From contig QHSO01000001.1 of the NCBI GenBank assembly GCA_003220475.1, positions 4,346 to 68,345 on the forward strand: a stretch of 64,000 nt of DNA, given 5' to 3'. Both the position numbers and the translations under genes were made by a program. Below are positions 54,159-63,716 of this stretch, in pieces (positions within the stretch are counted from its first letter, which is position 1; the number at the start of each line of letters is the position of its first letter). This stretch comes from Candidatus Rokuibacteriota bacterium. GTDB lineage: Bacteria; Methylomirabilota; Methylomirabilia; Rokubacteriales; CSP1-6. Below the pieces are notes generated by a model. The model did no database searches. It was not told where the DNA came from and saw only the letters and a program-made list of their open reading frames with translations.

Positions 54159-54431
54159 CTAGGCGATGGCGGGCGGAGCGCGGGCGCCGGCGGAGCCGGG
54201 ATCGTGGCTGATCGGCTCGGGAGCCGGTGCCGGCGCGACGGTCGCCACTTCCGCCGGCGTCGAGATGGGCGGCGCGGCGTCCGCGGGTATCGCGTGATGG
54301 CGCTCGGCGGCGGCGAGAAACGTGCAGTCGGCCTGGACGTCGTCGTGCTCGAACGCATGATGAACGAGGTGCGGAGCCTGCGCGAAGACGTACGCGACGA
54401 AGAAGACCGCGACAGCGAGCCGGCCGATCAT
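54159..54431 (-). CDS. candidate small membrane-anchored His-rich protein
   Basis: 90 aa. N-terminal TM, then HLVHHAFEHDDVQADC...ERHH, then a Pro/Ala-rich tail. High GC3 supports coding. No SD. Confidence 0.35.
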   Translation of the reverse strand: MIGRLAVAVFFVAYVFAQAPHLVHHAFEHDDVQADCTFLAAAERHHAIPADAAPPISTPAEVATVAPAPAPEPISHDPGSAGARAPPAIA

Positions 54432-54507
54432 GTGCGTGCGAAGGATAACATGGACACCCCGCGCGCCGAGTTGTCAACCGTCCTCATCGCGGCTAGTCTT
54501 GGGCGCG

Positions 54508-55662
54508 ATGCCGTTCGACTTCGACCGCGTGATCGATCGCCGCACCTCGGACAGCAACAAGTGGCGGAAATTCCCGCCCGACGTGCTGCCGCTCTGGGTC
54601 GCGGACATGGACTTTCCCTCCCCGCCCGCGGTCGTGCAGGCGCTGCGCGCACGTGTCGAGCACGGCTTCTTCGGCTACCTCGTCGAGAAGCCGGAGCTGC
54701 AGGAGGTCGTCGCCGAGCGGATGACGAAGCGCTACGGCTGGCGCGTGAGCCCCGAGGCGGTCATGCCCCTGCCTGGCGTCATCGCCGGCTTCAACCTGGC
54801 GCTGCGCGCGCTCACGTCCCCCGGCGAAGGCCTGCTGGTGCAAACCCCCGTGTACCCGCCGATCCTGCGCGCGGCCGGCAACCATGGGCTCACCCGCGAC
54901 GAGCACGCGCTCAGGCGCGGCGACGACGGACGCTACACGGTGGATCTCGACGCGTTCACGCGCGCGCTCGGCCCGCGCACGCGGGCATTCCTGCTGTGCA
55001 ACCCGCACAATCCCGTTGGGCGGGTGTTCGACCGCGCCGAGCTCGAGGGCATGGCCGCGGCGTGCACGCGCCGCGACGTGTGGATCATCGCCGATGAGAT
55101 CCATTGTGATCTGCTGCTCGACGGACGCCGCCACGTGCCGATCGCGACGCTGTCGCCGGAGATCGAGGCGCGCACGGTGACGCTCATGGCGCCGAGCAAG
55201 ACGTTCAATCTTCCCGGGCTCAAGTGCGCGGTGGCAATCGTTCCGAACGCCACCGTGCGCGAGCGGCTCACGGCCACCGTCGCCGACCTCGTGCCGAAGA
55301 TCAATGTGCTCGGCCACACCGCGGCCGTCGCCGCTTACCGCGAAGCCGACCCGTGGCTCGAAGAGCTGGTGCGCTATCTCGAAGGCAATCGCGATTTCCT
55401 GCTCAAAGAGGTGCCGCGCCGGCTCCCCGGCGTCACGCTGGCGGCGCCGGAGGCCACGTATCTCGCGTGGCTCGACTGCCGCGGCGCACGTATCGCCGGC
55501 GGCGATCCGCATACGTTCTTCCTCGAGCGCGCGCGTGTTGCGCTCAACGACGGCCGGCTGTTCGGCGCCGGCGGCGACGGCTTCGTGCGTCTGAACTTCG
55601 GCTGCCCCCGCGCGCTGCTGACCGAAGGGCTCGAGCGCTTGGCCCGCGCGCTCGCCGGTTGA
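54508..55662 (+). CDS. PatB/MalY-type PLP-dependent C-S lyase (class I/II aminotransferase fold)
   Basis: M27 of track ORF. MPFDFDRVIDRRTSDSNKW N-terminal signature. LMAPSKTFNLPGLK PLP-lysine. Confidence 0.8.
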   Translation: MPFDFDRVIDRRTSDSNKWRKFPPDVLPLWVADMDFPSPPAVVQALRARVEHGFFGYLVEKPELQEVVAERMTKRYGWRVSPEAVMPLPGVIAGFNLALRALTSPGEGLLVQTPVYPPILRAAGNHGLTRDEHALRRGDDGRYTVDLDAFTRALGPRTRAFLLCNPHNPVGRVFDRAELEGMAAACTRRDVWIIADEIHCDLLLDGRRHVPIATLSPEIEARTVTLMAPSKTFNLPGLKCAVAIVPNATVRERLTATVADLVPKINVLGHTAAVAAYREADPWLEELVRYLEGNRDFLLKEVPRRLPGVTLAAPEATYLAWLDCRGARIAGGDPHTFFLERARVALNDGRLFGAGGDGFVRLNFGCPRALLTEGLERLARALAG

Positions 55663-55678
55663 GCGCGAGGAGGCGCGC

Positions 55679-56353
55679 ATGAAGCGCTACGTCGATCTCT
55701 CCGTCGCCGTCAACGACGCCACGCTGAGCCCGCCCTCGACGAACATGCGGCTCGAGGTCACGCCGCACCGCCGCGGTCCCGGCTTCTGGCAGGTCTCCAG
55801 CGTCCACCAGAGCCTGCACACCGGCGCGCACATCGACTCACCGCTGCACGTCTTCAGGGACGGCATCACCACGGCGGAGATCGCCCTCGACCAGGTGATT
55901 GGCGAAGCGCTCGTCGTGGATCTCTCGTTCGTCGGCCCCAATCACGAGGTGACGATCGACGACCTCAAGCGCGGGGGCGCCGACGCCGTGAAGCCGGGGG
56001 ACATCGTCCTGCTACGGACGGACTGGACCGACAAGATGTATGGCAAGTGGCCCGACTACTTCACCCAGTCGCCGTACTGTCCGCCGGCGACCGCCGAATG
56101 GCTCGTCGCCAAGGGTCCGAAGAACATCGGCTTCGACTTCTTCGAGGAGTACTGCGCGCGGCTGCCCGACTTTTCGTCCGAAGACTTCCCGATGCACCGC
56201 GTGATCCTCGGTGCCGGCGTCGTGATCATGGAGGGGCTCACCAACCTCGGCGCCCTGCCCCGCCGCCGCGTGGAGTTCGCCGCGCCCTTCTACAAGATCG
56301 CGGGGACGGAGGGCGCCCCCGCGCGCTTCTTCGCGACCCTCGAGGAGCGCTGA
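55679..56353 (+). CDS. cyclase-family protein (kynurenine formamidase KynB-like)
   Basis: HTGAHIDSPLH metal motif. 224 aa. Confidence 0.8.
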   Translation: MKRYVDLSVAVNDATLSPPSTNMRLEVTPHRRGPGFWQVSSVHQSLHTGAHIDSPLHVFRDGITTAEIALDQVIGEALVVDLSFVGPNHEVTIDDLKRGGADAVKPGDIVLLRTDWTDKMYGKWPDYFTQSPYCPPATAEWLVAKGPKNIGFDFFEEYCARLPDFSSEDFPMHRVILGAGVVIMEGLTNLGALPRRRVEFAAPFYKIAGTEGAPARFFATLEER

Positions 56354-56357
56354 GGCC

Positions 56358-57731
56358 GTGGCCGGACAGAGCGTGCGCGACTTCGTGGCTGCGTACGAGC
56401 AGGCCTTCCCGGCCGAGGTCGTTCGCGTCACCGAGCCCGTGACGCTCGAGTACGACGTCATGGCGCTGGTCCTCGAATACGAGCGGCGGCGCCGCTGGCC
56501 CGTGTTGATCTTCGAGAACGTTTCCGGCGCGGACATGCCGATCATCGCCAACGTGGTGGCCAGTCGCCGCGCGCTGGCGTGGGCGCTCGGCGTGCCGGAG
56601 TCGCGGCTCGCGCTGGAGTATGCGCGACGCATCAAGGACACGATCAAGCCCAATGTCGTCGCGCGTGCGCCGTTTCGCGAGCGCCTGCTGACAGGCGCCG
56701 ACCTCGACCTGCGCCGCTTGCCGATTCCGACGTACTTCCCCGGCGACGCGGGCCGTTATCTCACCGCCGGCATGCTCGTCGCGCGCGACCCGGAGACCGG
56801 CGTCGAGACGGAGGGCTATCACCGCTTTCAGCTCAAGGGCGCGGACCGCATGGGCGTCAGCCTGCACTCGCGGCGCCGCATGTTCGAATACCAGCGGCGG
56901 GCGGAGGCGCGCGACGAGCCGCTGCCGTGCGCGATCGCGCTCGGCCTGCATCCGCTCGTGTCGATGGGCTCACTGGCCTACCCGCCGGCCGACGTCGGGA
57001 AGTTCGAGGTCGTCGGCGGGCTGTTCGGCGAGCCGCTCGACGTGGCGCCATGCGCCACGATCGATCTCGCGGTGCCCGCGGCGGCGGAAATCGTGATCGA
57101 GGGCGAGATTCTGCCGCGCGTCCGTGAGCCCGAGGGACCGTTCGGCGAGTTCACCGGATACTTCTCGCGCCGCTCGACCGAGCACGTCTTCCAGGCGAAG
57201 GCCATCTGCATGCGCGAGCGCGCGTGGTTCCAGTCGATTGGCTCGGGCCGCGCAGGTGATCACATCACGACGCTCGGGCTGGTGCGCGAGGCGGAGATCT
57301 GGAATGCGTTGCAGCGCGTGATTCCCAACGTGACCGGTGTCCACGTGCCGCTCTCGGGCACGTCGTCGTTCAGCGCCTACGTCTCCCTCCGGCAGGGCCG
57401 TCCCGGCGAGGCCAAGCACGTCATTCCCATCGTGCTCGGCGTCGACCATTATCTGAAGCTCGTCATCGTCGTCGACGACGACATCGACGTCTTCGACGAG
57501 TCCGACGTGATGTGGGCAGTGGCGACGCGGATGCAGGCCGATCGCGACCTCGTGACGATCGGCGGCAGCCTCGGCGCGATGCTCGACCCGAGCGCCGACG
57601 AGCGTGGCGTCACCGCAAAGCTCGGCATCGATGCGACGCGCCCATTCGGCCAGCCGTTCGGCGAGAAGCTGGTGATGGACCCGGCGAAGATGGCGTGGGC
57701 GCGCGCGCTCGTCGACCGCCTCGGCGGCTGA
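56358..57731 (+). CDS. UbiD-family (prFMN-dependent) decarboxylase
   Basis: 457 aa with UbiD-like topology and motifs (FENVSGADMPIIANV, GPFGEFTGYF). Confidence 0.8.
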   Translation: MAGQSVRDFVAAYEQAFPAEVVRVTEPVTLEYDVMALVLEYERRRRWPVLIFENVSGADMPIIANVVASRRALAWALGVPESRLALEYARRIKDTIKPNVVARAPFRERLLTGADLDLRRLPIPTYFPGDAGRYLTAGMLVARDPETGVETEGYHRFQLKGADRMGVSLHSRRRMFEYQRRAEARDEPLPCAIALGLHPLVSMGSLAYPPADVGKFEVVGGLFGEPLDVAPCATIDLAVPAAAEIVIEGEILPRVREPEGPFGEFTGYFSRRSTEHVFQAKAICMRERAWFQSIGSGRAGDHITTLGLVREAEIWNALQRVIPNVTGVHVPLSGTSSFSAYVSLRQGRPGEAKHVIPIVLGVDHYLKLVIVVDDDIDVFDESDVMWAVATRMQADRDLVTIGGSLGAMLDPSADERGVTAKLGIDATRPFGQPFGEKLVMDPAKMAWARALVDRLGG

Positions 57732-57746
57732 GCGCGCGCGGTCCGC

Positions 57747-58580
57747 TCAGCCCTTCAGATACTTCTCGAACCAGCCGGTGCAGCGCTTCCAGCCGTCCTC
57801 GGCGTCGGCCTTGTTGTAGGACGGCCGGTAGTCCGCGTGGAAGCCGTGGCTCGACTCAGGATAGATGACGATCTCGACATTCTTGTTGCCGTTCTGCTTG
57901 AGCATCTCGCCGAGCTTCTGCGCGTCCTCGGGCTTGGGATTCTGATCCTTGCCGCCGTAGAGCCCGAGGAAGGGGATCTTGATGTCCTTGGCGAGGTCGA
58001 AGCCGGTCACCGGGCCGTTCGCACCCTGATAGGGTCGCGCGGGCGGTCCGTACCAGGCGACCGCCGCTTTCATGTCAGGATTCGTCGCGGCCTCCTGATA
58101 CACGGTCGACCCGCCCCAGCACCAGCCGGTAACACCGACCTTGTTCGCCGCCACGCCTGGCCGAGTCTTGGCCCAGTCGACGGCGGCCTTGAGATCGCCC
58201 AGCGTCTGCTCGCGCTTCTGCGCCAGCACGATCTTGAGCACGTCCTGAACGTTCGGAATGTTCCCCACGCCACCCTCGCGCGCGAAGAGCTCCGGCGCGA
58301 CCGCGTAGTAGCCGGCCTTCGCGAAGCGGCGCGTCGAATCGCGGATGTACTCGTGGACGCCCCAGATCTCGGAGATCACCAGCACGATCGGATGATTGGA
58401 CCCATTCGCCGGTCGTGCCTCGTAGACGGGCACGTCGAAGCCGGCGACCGGAATCTTCTGGTCGCCGGTCACGAGGCCGTCGGTGTCGGTCTTGATCGCC
58501 TGCGCCAGGACGGTGTCGACGCTCAATGCATAGCCGGTGAAGGCCGTGCCGGTGGCGAGCATCTCTCGACGTGTCAGCAT
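57747..58580 (-). CDS. dienelactone hydrolase family protein with Tat signal
   Basis: M128 of track ORF. RREMLATGTAF twin-arginine signal. GVTGWCWGG nucleophile. GGAGG SD. Confidence 0.8.
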   Translation of the reverse strand: MLTRREMLATGTAFTGYALSVDTVLAQAIKTDTDGLVTGDQKIPVAGFDVPVYEARPANGSNHPIVLVISEIWGVHEYIRDSTRRFAKAGYYAVAPELFAREGGVGNIPNVQDVLKIVLAQKREQTLGDLKAAVDWAKTRPGVAANKVGVTGWCWGGSTVYQEAATNPDMKAAVAWYGPPARPYQGANGPVTGFDLAKDIKIPFLGLYGGKDQNPKPEDAQKLGEMLKQNGNKNVEIVIYPESSHGFHADYRPSYNKADAEDGWKRCTGWFEKYLKG

Positions 58581-58855
58581 GCTGGTTGTTCCTCCTGGGG
58601 CATAAACGACGTGATCCGCGCGTGGGTTGCCGACCTCGCTCGTCCATCCTCGCACCTCGGGCAAGGCGACCGGCGCGGTTGGCGGCGCGGCTGCGGGGCG
58701 CCGCCACGCTGAACCGCGGGTCGCGACAGTCTCGCGTAACCGGTTGGATTCGCGAGGAAAGAAGGCGGGATTTGTCGCGAAGAGCCGCGCGGCGCGAATG
58801 ATACTATGACAAAGCGCGCTTGGGGCGCGGGTGTCGGAGGCACGAAGGAGGTGGG

Positions 58856-59341
58856 ATGGATCTCCTGGAGGCCAAGAGCCGCATCGCCGAAGCGTTGGTC
58901 GCGTCGATCTTTCGCCGCGCCCGCTACGACGTGCAGCCCTTCCGCCCCGGCCAACCTCCACTGCGCTTTGGCCGCGAGAACTTCTCGCCCGACTTTCGCA
59001 TCACGCAGCGCCTGGACGATGGTGACGAGCAGAAATATCTCGTCGCCGTGAAGTGCCGGCCCTCCGCCGAGCAGTTCATCTCCGTCGAGAACCAGCGCGG
59101 CAACCGGTCGATCTTTCACATGATGCGCCGCCACTGGCCGACGCTCTACTTCGTGCTCGTCACCGAGCGTCCCGAGGCCGGCCGCTCGTGCTTTCAAGTC
59201 CTCGCGTTCGACACCGTGCGCCAGGGCGAGCCGTTCCGCATGGTGGACCTGGTCGAGATCAAGGAGTTCGGCGTCTTCGCGCACAACGTCGAGGACCACG
59301 AAGCTCTCGCCCGCAGCATCTTCAGCTCGCTCACCGCCTAG
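58856..59341 (+). CDS. hypothetical protein (possible PD-(D/E)xK-like core)
   Basis: M13 of track ORF with GGAGGTGGG ATG. SPDF...DEQKYLVAVKCR could be a PD/ExK motif pair. No firm family. Confidence 0.45.
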   Translation: MDLLEAKSRIAEALVASIFRRARYDVQPFRPGQPPLRFGRENFSPDFRITQRLDDGDEQKYLVAVKCRPSAEQFISVENQRGNRSIFHMMRRHWPTLYFVLVTERPEAGRSCFQVLAFDTVRQGEPFRMVDLVEIKEFGVFAHNVEDHEALARSIFSSLTA

Positions 59342-59350
59342 CCGGCGCCC

Positions 59351-59875
59351 TCACGTCTGAGGCGTGCTGAGCACACGCTCGTACTCTCGGTGCACGGCCG
59401 GATCGAAGGCCACGAGCAGCACACGCGCCGGACACTCCGCGGTGGCGAGCGCGCGCGTGATCTCGTCGAGCGCGATGCGACACGCGCGCGGAATGGGAAA
59501 CCCGTACACGCCGCACGAGATCGCGGGAAACGCCACGCTCGCGAAGCCGCGCTCGGCGGCGAGCCCGAGCGCCTTGCGATAGCACGAGGCGAGCAGCGCA
59601 TCTTCGTCGTGATCGCCGCCACGCCAGATCGGACCGACGGCGTGGATCACCCAGCGCGCGGGCAGCGCGTGGCCGCGTGTCAGGCGCACGTCGCCGGTGG
59701 GGCAGCCGCCGAGCCGACGACACTCCTCGAGCAGCCCTGGCCCCGCCGCCCGATGAATGGCGCCGTCGACGCCGCCGCCGCCGAGCAGGCTCGAGTTCGC
59801 GGCGTTGACGATCGCGTCCACGTCCAGCGTCGTGATGTCTTCACGCACCAGACTCACGCGCGCCGCAGCACTCAC
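59351..59875 (-). CDS. macro domain protein (O-acetyl-ADP-ribose deacetylase / YmdB-like)
   Basis: [26 protein letters not shown]...[16 protein letters not shown] start overlaps the TauE stop. Confidence 0.8.
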   Translation of the reverse strand: MSAAARVSLVREDITTLDVDAIVNAANSSLLGGGGVDGAIHRAAGPGLLEECRRLGGCPTGDVRLTRGHALPARWVIHAVGPIWRGGDHDEDALLASCYRKALGLAAERGFASVAFPAISCGVYGFPIPRACRIALDEITRALATAECPARVLLVAFDPAVHREYERVLSTPQT

Positions 59876-60606
59876 ACGAGCACGCTGCGCGCGACGAGCC
59901 ACAGGCCGAGCGCGCCGAGCAGCGCGAGCACGGCGCGATTGAACGCGCGCTGGTCGAGGCGGTCCTGGATCCACAGGCCGGCGACGAAGCCGGCGAGCGC
60001 GATGCCGGTGAGCGCGAGCGACGTCGCGGCCAGCCCGCTCGTGAGCAGGCCGTACCACGCGACGGCGGCGATCTGCACGAGCTTGTAGATCAGGAACGTG
60101 AAGGCCGTCGCGGCGAGGAAATCGGCCTTCGACAGGCCGAGCGCGTAGAAGTAGATCGCGAGCGGTGTGCCCGGCACATTCGTCACGCCGCCCACCACGC
60201 CCGCCACGAACCCGGCCAGCGGCCCCGCCCACGGCTCCCACGACGGCGGCAGTCGCGGCGAGAAGCGAGTGGCGTTCAGGGCGACGAAGGCCAGCACGAA
60301 GCCGCCGAGCAGCAGGAGCACGGCGCGCGTCGGCAGCACGACGAGCAGGCGTGTGCCGATGACGGTGCCGACGGCGCCGCCCACGAGCAGCGGCAGCAGC
60401 CGCCGGATGGTGGCCGTCGGCGCGCCACGCCGCGCGAACTGCAGGCCGTCCATCACGATGTTCGGCAGGATCAGCACGACGACCGCGGTCTTCACGTCGA
60501 CGGCCAGGCTCAGCAGCGGCGTCGCCAGCGTGGGGAAGCCGAGACCGGCCGTGCCCTTCACCGTCCCCGCCACGAAGACGGCGAGCAGCGCCCAGAGCGG
60601 AGCCAT
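59872..60606 (-). CDS. TauE/SafE (TSUP) family sulfite/anion exporter
   Basis: 244 aa with 7-8 TM helices and the internal duplicated Gly-rich motifs of the TSUP family. Confidence 0.8.
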   Translation of the reverse strand: MAPLWALLAVFVAGTVKGTAGLGFPTLATPLLSLAVDVKTAVVVLILPNIVMDGLQFARRGAPTATIRRLLPLLVGGAVGTVIGTRLLVVLPTRAVLLLLGGFVLAFVALNATRFSPRLPPSWEPWAGPLAGFVAGVVGGVTNVPGTPLAIYFYALGLSKADFLAATAFTFLIYKLVQIAAVAWYGLLTSGLAATSLALTGIALAGFVAGLWIQDRLDQRAFNRAVLALLGALGLWLVARSVLV

Positions 60607-60858
60607 GGCGCTCGATTATGCCGCGGCGACACGCCGATGTCGTGCGGTCGCGCCATCACGACACCTTCGCCGTGCCGCGCGAACTCCGTTGACAAGCGAT
60701 GGCCGCGACTCCGATCATGGTCGTAACTTTCAGCGTCGTGCCCTGATCGGCTCGGAAGGTGGCATCGCGCCCCACATCCCCAGCCGCGGTCAGCGACGGC
60801 GCGCGCTTCTCCCACCCGCTGGCGTCTGCCTGCCAGCCGCGCTCGGGAGGAGGTTCTC

Positions 60859-62058
60859 ATGATGCGGCGCACGCTCTGGGCTCTGGCTCTCCTGGGTTCG
60901 GCGATCCTTCTCGCCACCGGCGGACACGCCGCCGCGGCCGATATCACGTTCGAGAACACTGCCGGCATGACGCCGATGAGTCCGTTCTTCGACAACACGG
61001 ACGTTCCGCTGGATACGCCGTTCGCCAGCTCACGGCTCGGCACTCAGCTGCAGCTTTCCCACGGTGTGAGCTTCAGCTCCGATGCCGACTATGTCGCCCT
61101 CGTCAATCTGGGTAGCGGGCACGCGACGAGCGGCGGCGCCGGAATCGGCGGCGTCACCGCGGCGAATATCCTCAAGTACCACTCCGCCGTGATCATCACG
61201 TTCACGATGCCTGGTGACCCCACCATCCCCGCCGTCACGGATTCGGTGTCGATTCGAGGCGACAACTTCCCGAACAGCTCCGGCTCTGCGACGATGGAGG
61301 CGTTCGACGTCAATGGCGCCCTCCTGGCGAGCGTCACCGTTCCGGATACAGCCGGCTTTACGCTGAGCATCTCGACCGCGAACATCCATTCGGTCCGCAT
61401 CACACAGACCCTGTCGGACATCGCATTCGACGACCTGCATGTCAACGCGCTCTCGCGCGCCGTGAACGTCGCACCCATCGCCGATGCCGGCCCCGACCAG
61501 GGCGTCTTCGTAGGCGACGTGGTCTCGCTCGATGGCTCGCTGAGCAGCGATCCCGACATCGATCCCCTCACCTTTTCGTGGACGCTCGCCAGGCCGGACG
61601 GAAGTACCGCTGTGCTCACGGGGGACACGACGGCGTCCCCGACGTTCACCGCGGACGTCCCGGGAACTTACACCGCGACCCTGACCGTCGCCGATTCGTT
61701 CGGCGCGACCGCGTCCGATAGCGTCGATGTCTCGGCGATCACGAGCACTCAGTCCGTCGACGCGCTCATTCTGCGTGCGCTCAATCTGATCGGTGCGATG
61801 CCGCGGGAACAGGTCACGACCCGGGGCAATCAGAACGCGCTGCAGAACTTTCTCACCCAGACGCTCGATGCACTGCACCGCGGAGATGTCGAACATGCCC
61901 GCGACAAGCTCGCGAAGAGCATCAACCGGATCGACGGGTGCGCCCTTCGTGGACGGCCCGACGGCGATGGCGACCAACGGGACTGGGTCACCGATTGTGC
62001 CGCCCAGGCCGCCGTGTACCCGCTGTTGACGAACGCCTTCGGCGCGCTCGCTCCATAG
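60859..62058 (+). CDS. secreted hypothetical protein with PKD-like domain
   Basis: Signal peptide. Central segment PIADAGPDQGVFVGDVVSLDGSLSSDPDIDPLTFSWTL...YTATLTVADSFG looks like PKD. Slightly lower GC. Confidence 0.55.
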   Translation: MMRRTLWALALLGSAILLATGGHAAAADITFENTAGMTPMSPFFDNTDVPLDTPFASSRLGTQLQLSHGVSFSSDADYVALVNLGSGHATSGGAGIGGVTAANILKYHSAVIITFTMPGDPTIPAVTDSVSIRGDNFPNSSGSATMEAFDVNGALLASVTVPDTAGFTLSISTANIHSVRITQTLSDIAFDDLHVNALSRAVNVAPIADAGPDQGVFVGDVVSLDGSLSSDPDIDPLTFSWTLARPDGSTAVLTGDTTASPTFTADVPGTYTATLTVADSFGATASDSVDVSAITSTQSVDALILRALNLIGAMPREQVTTRGNQNALQNFLTQTLDALHRGDVEHARDKLAKSINRIDGCALRGRPDGDGDQRDWVTDCAAQAAVYPLLTNAFGALAP

Positions 62059-62124
62059 CGGCGCGCCCGGCGCATGAAGGACGGGGGTTGACAGGTCCGG
62101 CATCCGCCGGGATTCTGGGCCCCC

Positions 62125-62667
62125 ATGCGCCCGCTCATCGCCTTCGACCTCTGGGACTGGATCGCGCGGCACCGCGAGGCCTTCGAGCCGCCCGTCGGCA
62201 ACAAGGTGATCTGGGAGGACTCGCAGTTCACGGCGATGATCATTCGTGGGCCGAACGCGCGGCGCGATTTCCACGTGGATCCGTCCGACGAGATCTTCTA
62301 CATGCTCAAGGGCGACATGGTGCTCGAGTACATGGACGGTGGGCGGCGGCATGAGCAGGTCATCCGCGAGGGCGGCCTGATGCTCGTCCCCGCCCTGACG
62401 CCGCACGCCCCGCACCGGCCGGCCGAAACGTGGGGGCTCGTCGTCGCGATCAAACGCGCGCCCCGGCAGACGGAGTCGCTCGTCTGGTTCTGCGAGCGCT
62501 GCGACGCGCGGATCCACGAGGTGACCATGCCGGTCGGCGACATCGAGAAGGATCTCAAGGCCGCCATCGAGCGCTTCGACGCCAGCGTCGAGCTGCGCAC
62601 GTGCCGCCCGTGTGGCCACGTGCAACCCGAGAAGCCTCCGGTGCCGCAGCGGCCGTCGGGCCTATGA
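62125..62667 (+). CDS. 3-hydroxyanthranilate 3,4-dioxygenase (cupin) with C-terminal rubredoxin-like Cys4 site
   Basis: DFHVDPSDEIFYMLKGDMVLEY...GGLMLVPALTPHAPHRP, then FCERCD...CRPCG. Confidence 0.85.
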   Translation: MRPLIAFDLWDWIARHREAFEPPVGNKVIWEDSQFTAMIIRGPNARRDFHVDPSDEIFYMLKGDMVLEYMDGGRRHEQVIREGGLMLVPALTPHAPHRPAETWGLVVAIKRAPRQTESLVWFCERCDARIHEVTMPVGDIEKDLKAAIERFDASVELRTCRPCGHVQPEKPPVPQRPSGL

Positions 62668-63713
62668 GCGCGCTCGCGGGCAAGGCTCTGACCGTGCTCG
62701 GCGCCATCGACGCCGAGACGATGGGCGTCACGCTGCCCCACGAGCACCTGCTGATCGATTTCGCGGTGATGTTCAGGGAGCCGGCCGCCGCGAGCGACAA
62801 GGCGCTCGCTCACGAGCCGGTGAGCCTTGCGAATCTCGGCTGGGTCCGCCAGAACTTCAACGCGAATCTCGACAATCTCCGGCTGCTCGACGAGCAGACC
62901 GCGCTCGACGAGATCATGCTGTTCCGGCGCGCGGGCGGACAGACCGTCGTCGATCCGACGAACGTGAGCCTGGCGCGCGATCCGCTGGCGCTGACGCGCC
63001 TCTCGCGCATGACGGGCCTGCACATCGTCATGGGCGCGGGCTACTACGTCGCCGCCGCCCACCCCGCCGACATGGACCGGCGCAGCGAAGAGTCCATCGT
63101 CGCCGAGATCGTGCGCGAGGTCACCCTTGGCGTGGGCGACACGGGCGTGCGGGCCGGCCTCATCGGCGAGATCGGCAACAGCTGGCCGTGGACGGACAAC
63201 GAGAAAAAGGTCGTCCGCGCCGCCGTCGAGGCGCAACGACAGACGGGCGCGCCGTTGATGATGCATCCGGGACGCGACGAGCGGGCGCCGATGCAGATCG
63301 CGGAGCTCATCGACAAGCATGGCGGCGACCTGCGGCGAACGGTCATGTGTCACATCGATCGCACCATCGCCGACGAGCGTCACCTCGACGACCTCGCGGC
63401 CACCGGCATGTGGCTCGAGTACGACCTGTTCGGGCTGGAGAACTCCTACTATCCATACAATCCCGACTTCGACATGCCCAACGACGGCGGCCGCATGGCG
63501 CAGATCCTCCGGCTCATCGCGCGCGGCCGCCAGGGCCAGATCCTCATGTCGCACGACATCGCGTACAAGAGCTCGCTCACGAAGTACGGCGGCTACGGCT
63601 ACCACCATCTGCTCGTGAACGTGGTACCGCGCTTGCGACGCAAAGGCGTGGACGACGCGGGACTCCGGCAGCTACTGGTCGACAACCCGCGCCGCGCATT
63701 TACGTTCGTGTAG
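62664..63713 (+). CDS. phosphotriesterase-family (PTE/PHP) amidohydrolase-fold protein
   Basis: M79 of track ORF. ATGA overlap. GVTLPHEHLLIDF metal-binding N-terminus. Confidence 0.8.
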   Translation: MSALAGKALTVLGAIDAETMGVTLPHEHLLIDFAVMFREPAAASDKALAHEPVSLANLGWVRQNFNANLDNLRLLDEQTALDEIMLFRRAGGQTVVDPTNVSLARDPLALTRLSRMTGLHIVMGAGYYVAAAHPADMDRRSEESIVAEIVREVTLGVGDTGVRAGLIGEIGNSWPWTDNEKKVVRAAVEAQRQTGAPLMMHPGRDERAPMQIAELIDKHGGDLRRTVMCHIDRTIADERHLDDLAATGMWLEYDLFGLENSYYPYNPDFDMPNDGGRMAQILRLIARGRQGQILMSHDIAYKSSLTKYGGYGYHHLLVNVVPRLRRKGVDDAGLRQLLVDNPRRAFTFV

Positions 63714-63716
63714 ACG

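Noticed and set aside
58856-59875. Macro-domain gene plus its neighbour as a DarT-DarG toxin-antitoxin pair
   Set aside because: The macro gene is co-oriented and overlapping with the TauE exporter, not with the hypothetical protein. The two genes are convergent. The 161-aa protein shows no DarT-like motif.
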